From positions 558,001 to 622,000 of the forward strand of contig NC_042998.1 in the NCBI RefSeq assembly GCF_006345805.1: a DNA stretch of 64,000 nucleotides. The letters are read 5' to 3'. This stretch comes from Octopus sinensis (taxonomy: Eukaryota). Below the pieces are notes generated by a model that made no database searches, had not been told where the DNA came from, and saw only the letters and a list, made by a program, of their open reading frames with translations. The translations under genes were made by a program, and so were the position numbers. This document shows, piece by piece, positions 62,142 to 64,000 of this stretch. The stretch's first letter is position 1. The number at the start of each line of letters is the position of its first letter.

Positions 62142-63529
62142 CCTCTCTCTCTCCAACTGCTGTTTTCTTATACCTTTTGGTAACACCTTTCGATACCTTG
62201 ACGTTATTGTTATTTTTGTTTTTGTCAACTCTTTTCGACTATGATGACATCCATGCTTTACTTGATGTTTTAATTCGTGTGACTTAATCTTTTTGGCATT
62301 GTTGTTGTTGTACGTGGTGTCGATAGTAATAGTAACCGTGTCGGGTAGACGTTTGTATCTGTCATTTAGCTTTCTTCGAATTATTGCCTGCATGTGATGG
62401 AAGGTCTGGAGTACCGGCGCAGTCGTTGCATCATGACCTTTGCAATCCATCTCTACAGAACTTAACTCGTTTGATATCAACCGAAAAGAAAACAGAGACA
62501 CTCCACACTAGCTAAATTTCAGACTTTAAAGAACACTTCCTAGCATTGCAAATGACTAGCTGCAGCACGAAACACCAGTGCCAGTTTTATTTTAAAAACT
62601 CTAATACGCAGTTACATAGCAAATTTCATCAGAACGACGAGTGGCCGTTGTCTGTATAGTGTGTTTAACACTGAGACTACATATATTGACTATTGCACAT
62701 TGATAGAATTTTACAGCAATGCACTAAACTGTTGCGTTGCATATAAACATTTTACTGTTTTTACTACACTAACTATATTCTGTACAGGTAGCAAAACTTC
62801 AACACACCACACACTCAAAACTATACGATACAACCTTGATGGAGTCATGCGTATTTATAAACTTTCGTTTGCTGTTCCGAGTTCAAATCTAAGCAAAGAT
62901 GACTTTCCCTTCTATCTGCCTGAGATAGATCGATTCTTTCAACTATAAATATTTTTTTGCTTTTTTTTTTGTCGTTTCTAAAAACTGGTCAGTTTTCAAC
63001 GACCGCTCGCTTCGATTTTGCTTTTTAGATACCTGGATACTCCGAAGTATTCATGGATAGTGTTTCGCTTCTTATGTTAGATGAATTGTTATTTCTCTAA
63101 ATGTTATGAGCAGACTCTAATAAAGACACTCACAGAAGAGGTGGTGGCCTTAAGTTTACCTCTTTAGAATAATTCCCTCCCATGGGATTCGATACATTTT
63201 CAGGCCATCCTTCGGTTCTGGTACCTTTTACATTACGACAGACAGAGGCAAATTAATTAGTTTTCCAGTCGCTTCTTTTCTACTATTAGTATTCATGTGA
63301 TTTTCAATTCCAGCGATTGATAAGCTTGCTTCCCAATCACGAAGTCATGGGTTCAATCCCACTGCGTGATACCTTGGGCATGTATCGCTTACTGTGACCT
63401 CCAACCGTCTAAAGCTAAGTATGTATGTATGAATGCATGCATGCATGTATGTATATAATGTGTGCTTTATATATATTATATATATGTATAATATATATTG
63501 ATATATGTGTGGGTGTGTGTGTGTACATT

Positions 63530-63820
63530 ATCTCTTTTACTTGTTTCAATCATTTGACTGCAGTATGCTGGGGCACCGCCTTGAAGAGTTTTAGTCGAAC
63601 AAATCGACCCCAGGACATTTTTTTAGAAACCTACCGGTCCCTTTTGCCGAATCGCTAAGTTACGGGGACTTAAACACACCAACACCAGTTGTGGGCTACA
63701 AATACCGACACAAAGACACACATACATACACACATACACACATACATACACAAACACACATACATACACATACATATATGGGATTGAAGTTGGTTGGGAA
63801 GTAAGCTTCTTACCACCTAT
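63530..63820 (-). mobile_element. SINE family A
   Basis: cttttacttgtttcaatcatttgactgc...gaatcgctaagttacgggga. Confidence 0.85.
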
Positions 63821-63844
63821 AATATATATATATATATATATATA

Positions 63845-63990
63845 TCTTAATCAGCCGAAATTGCTAAGATGATCTGGTTCTTGACTGATGACTGAGGGCT
63901 TCGAATGTCCCGTCCTGTGGTTCTTGTGTCGTCTCTGTGGTGTTTCATGTTCTTGTCCATGTCTGTAATTATTTTTACTGTTTACCTATA
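63845..63990 (+). mobile_element. PLE-like fragment between (TA)n tracts
   Basis: cagccGAAAttgcTAagat...gaCTGATGActga; truncated hammerhead-like motifs. Confidence 0.45.
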
Positions 63991-64000
63991 TATATATATA

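Larger units (their letters stand above)
57600..63300. promoter_or_regulatory. CpG-retaining region poor in young SINEs, with long CT/GA tracts; probable gene 5' region
   Basis: CpG is visibly more frequent than in the rest of the unique sequence (not counted); only old repeat remnants are present; pyrimidine tract at 60600-61430. Confidence 0.5.

Noticed and set aside
61523-62501. 84 aa and 147 aa minus-strand ORFs in the CpG island
   Set aside because: No recognisable domain or coherent splice chain; more likely UTR or promoter sequence
1-64000. CRISPR arrays, operons, rRNA
   Set aside because: None seen; the repeats are dispersed eukaryotic retroposons and microsatellites, not regularly spaced repeat-spacer units

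Overview
AT-rich, repeat-dense eukaryotic DNA. The SINE, LINE and microsatellite repertoire points to an octopus (inferred from sequence style, not verified). Most of the window is intron-like or intergenic and is filled with four tRNA-headed SINE families (labelled A-D here), RTE LINE relics and tails, non-autonomous Helitrons, mariner, hAT and piggyBac-type MITEs, a rearranged mariner, a Gypsy integrase relic, Penelope-like fragments carrying minimal hammerhead motifs, and long microsatellites. One coding exon is well supported: 19801-19946 (+), a divergent Hook-family N-terminal domain. A 21-nt microexon and a few weaker exon candidates lie on the same strand. The last ~6 kb is CpG-rich and poor in young SINEs, and contains a candidate signal-peptide exon on the minus strand and a miRNA-like hairpin. 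Almost all long ORFs in the supplied track are microsatellite artefacts. No CRISPR array, rRNA or true tRNA gene was seen. Repeat boundaries were read by eye and are approximate unless a TSD or terminal motif is quoted.
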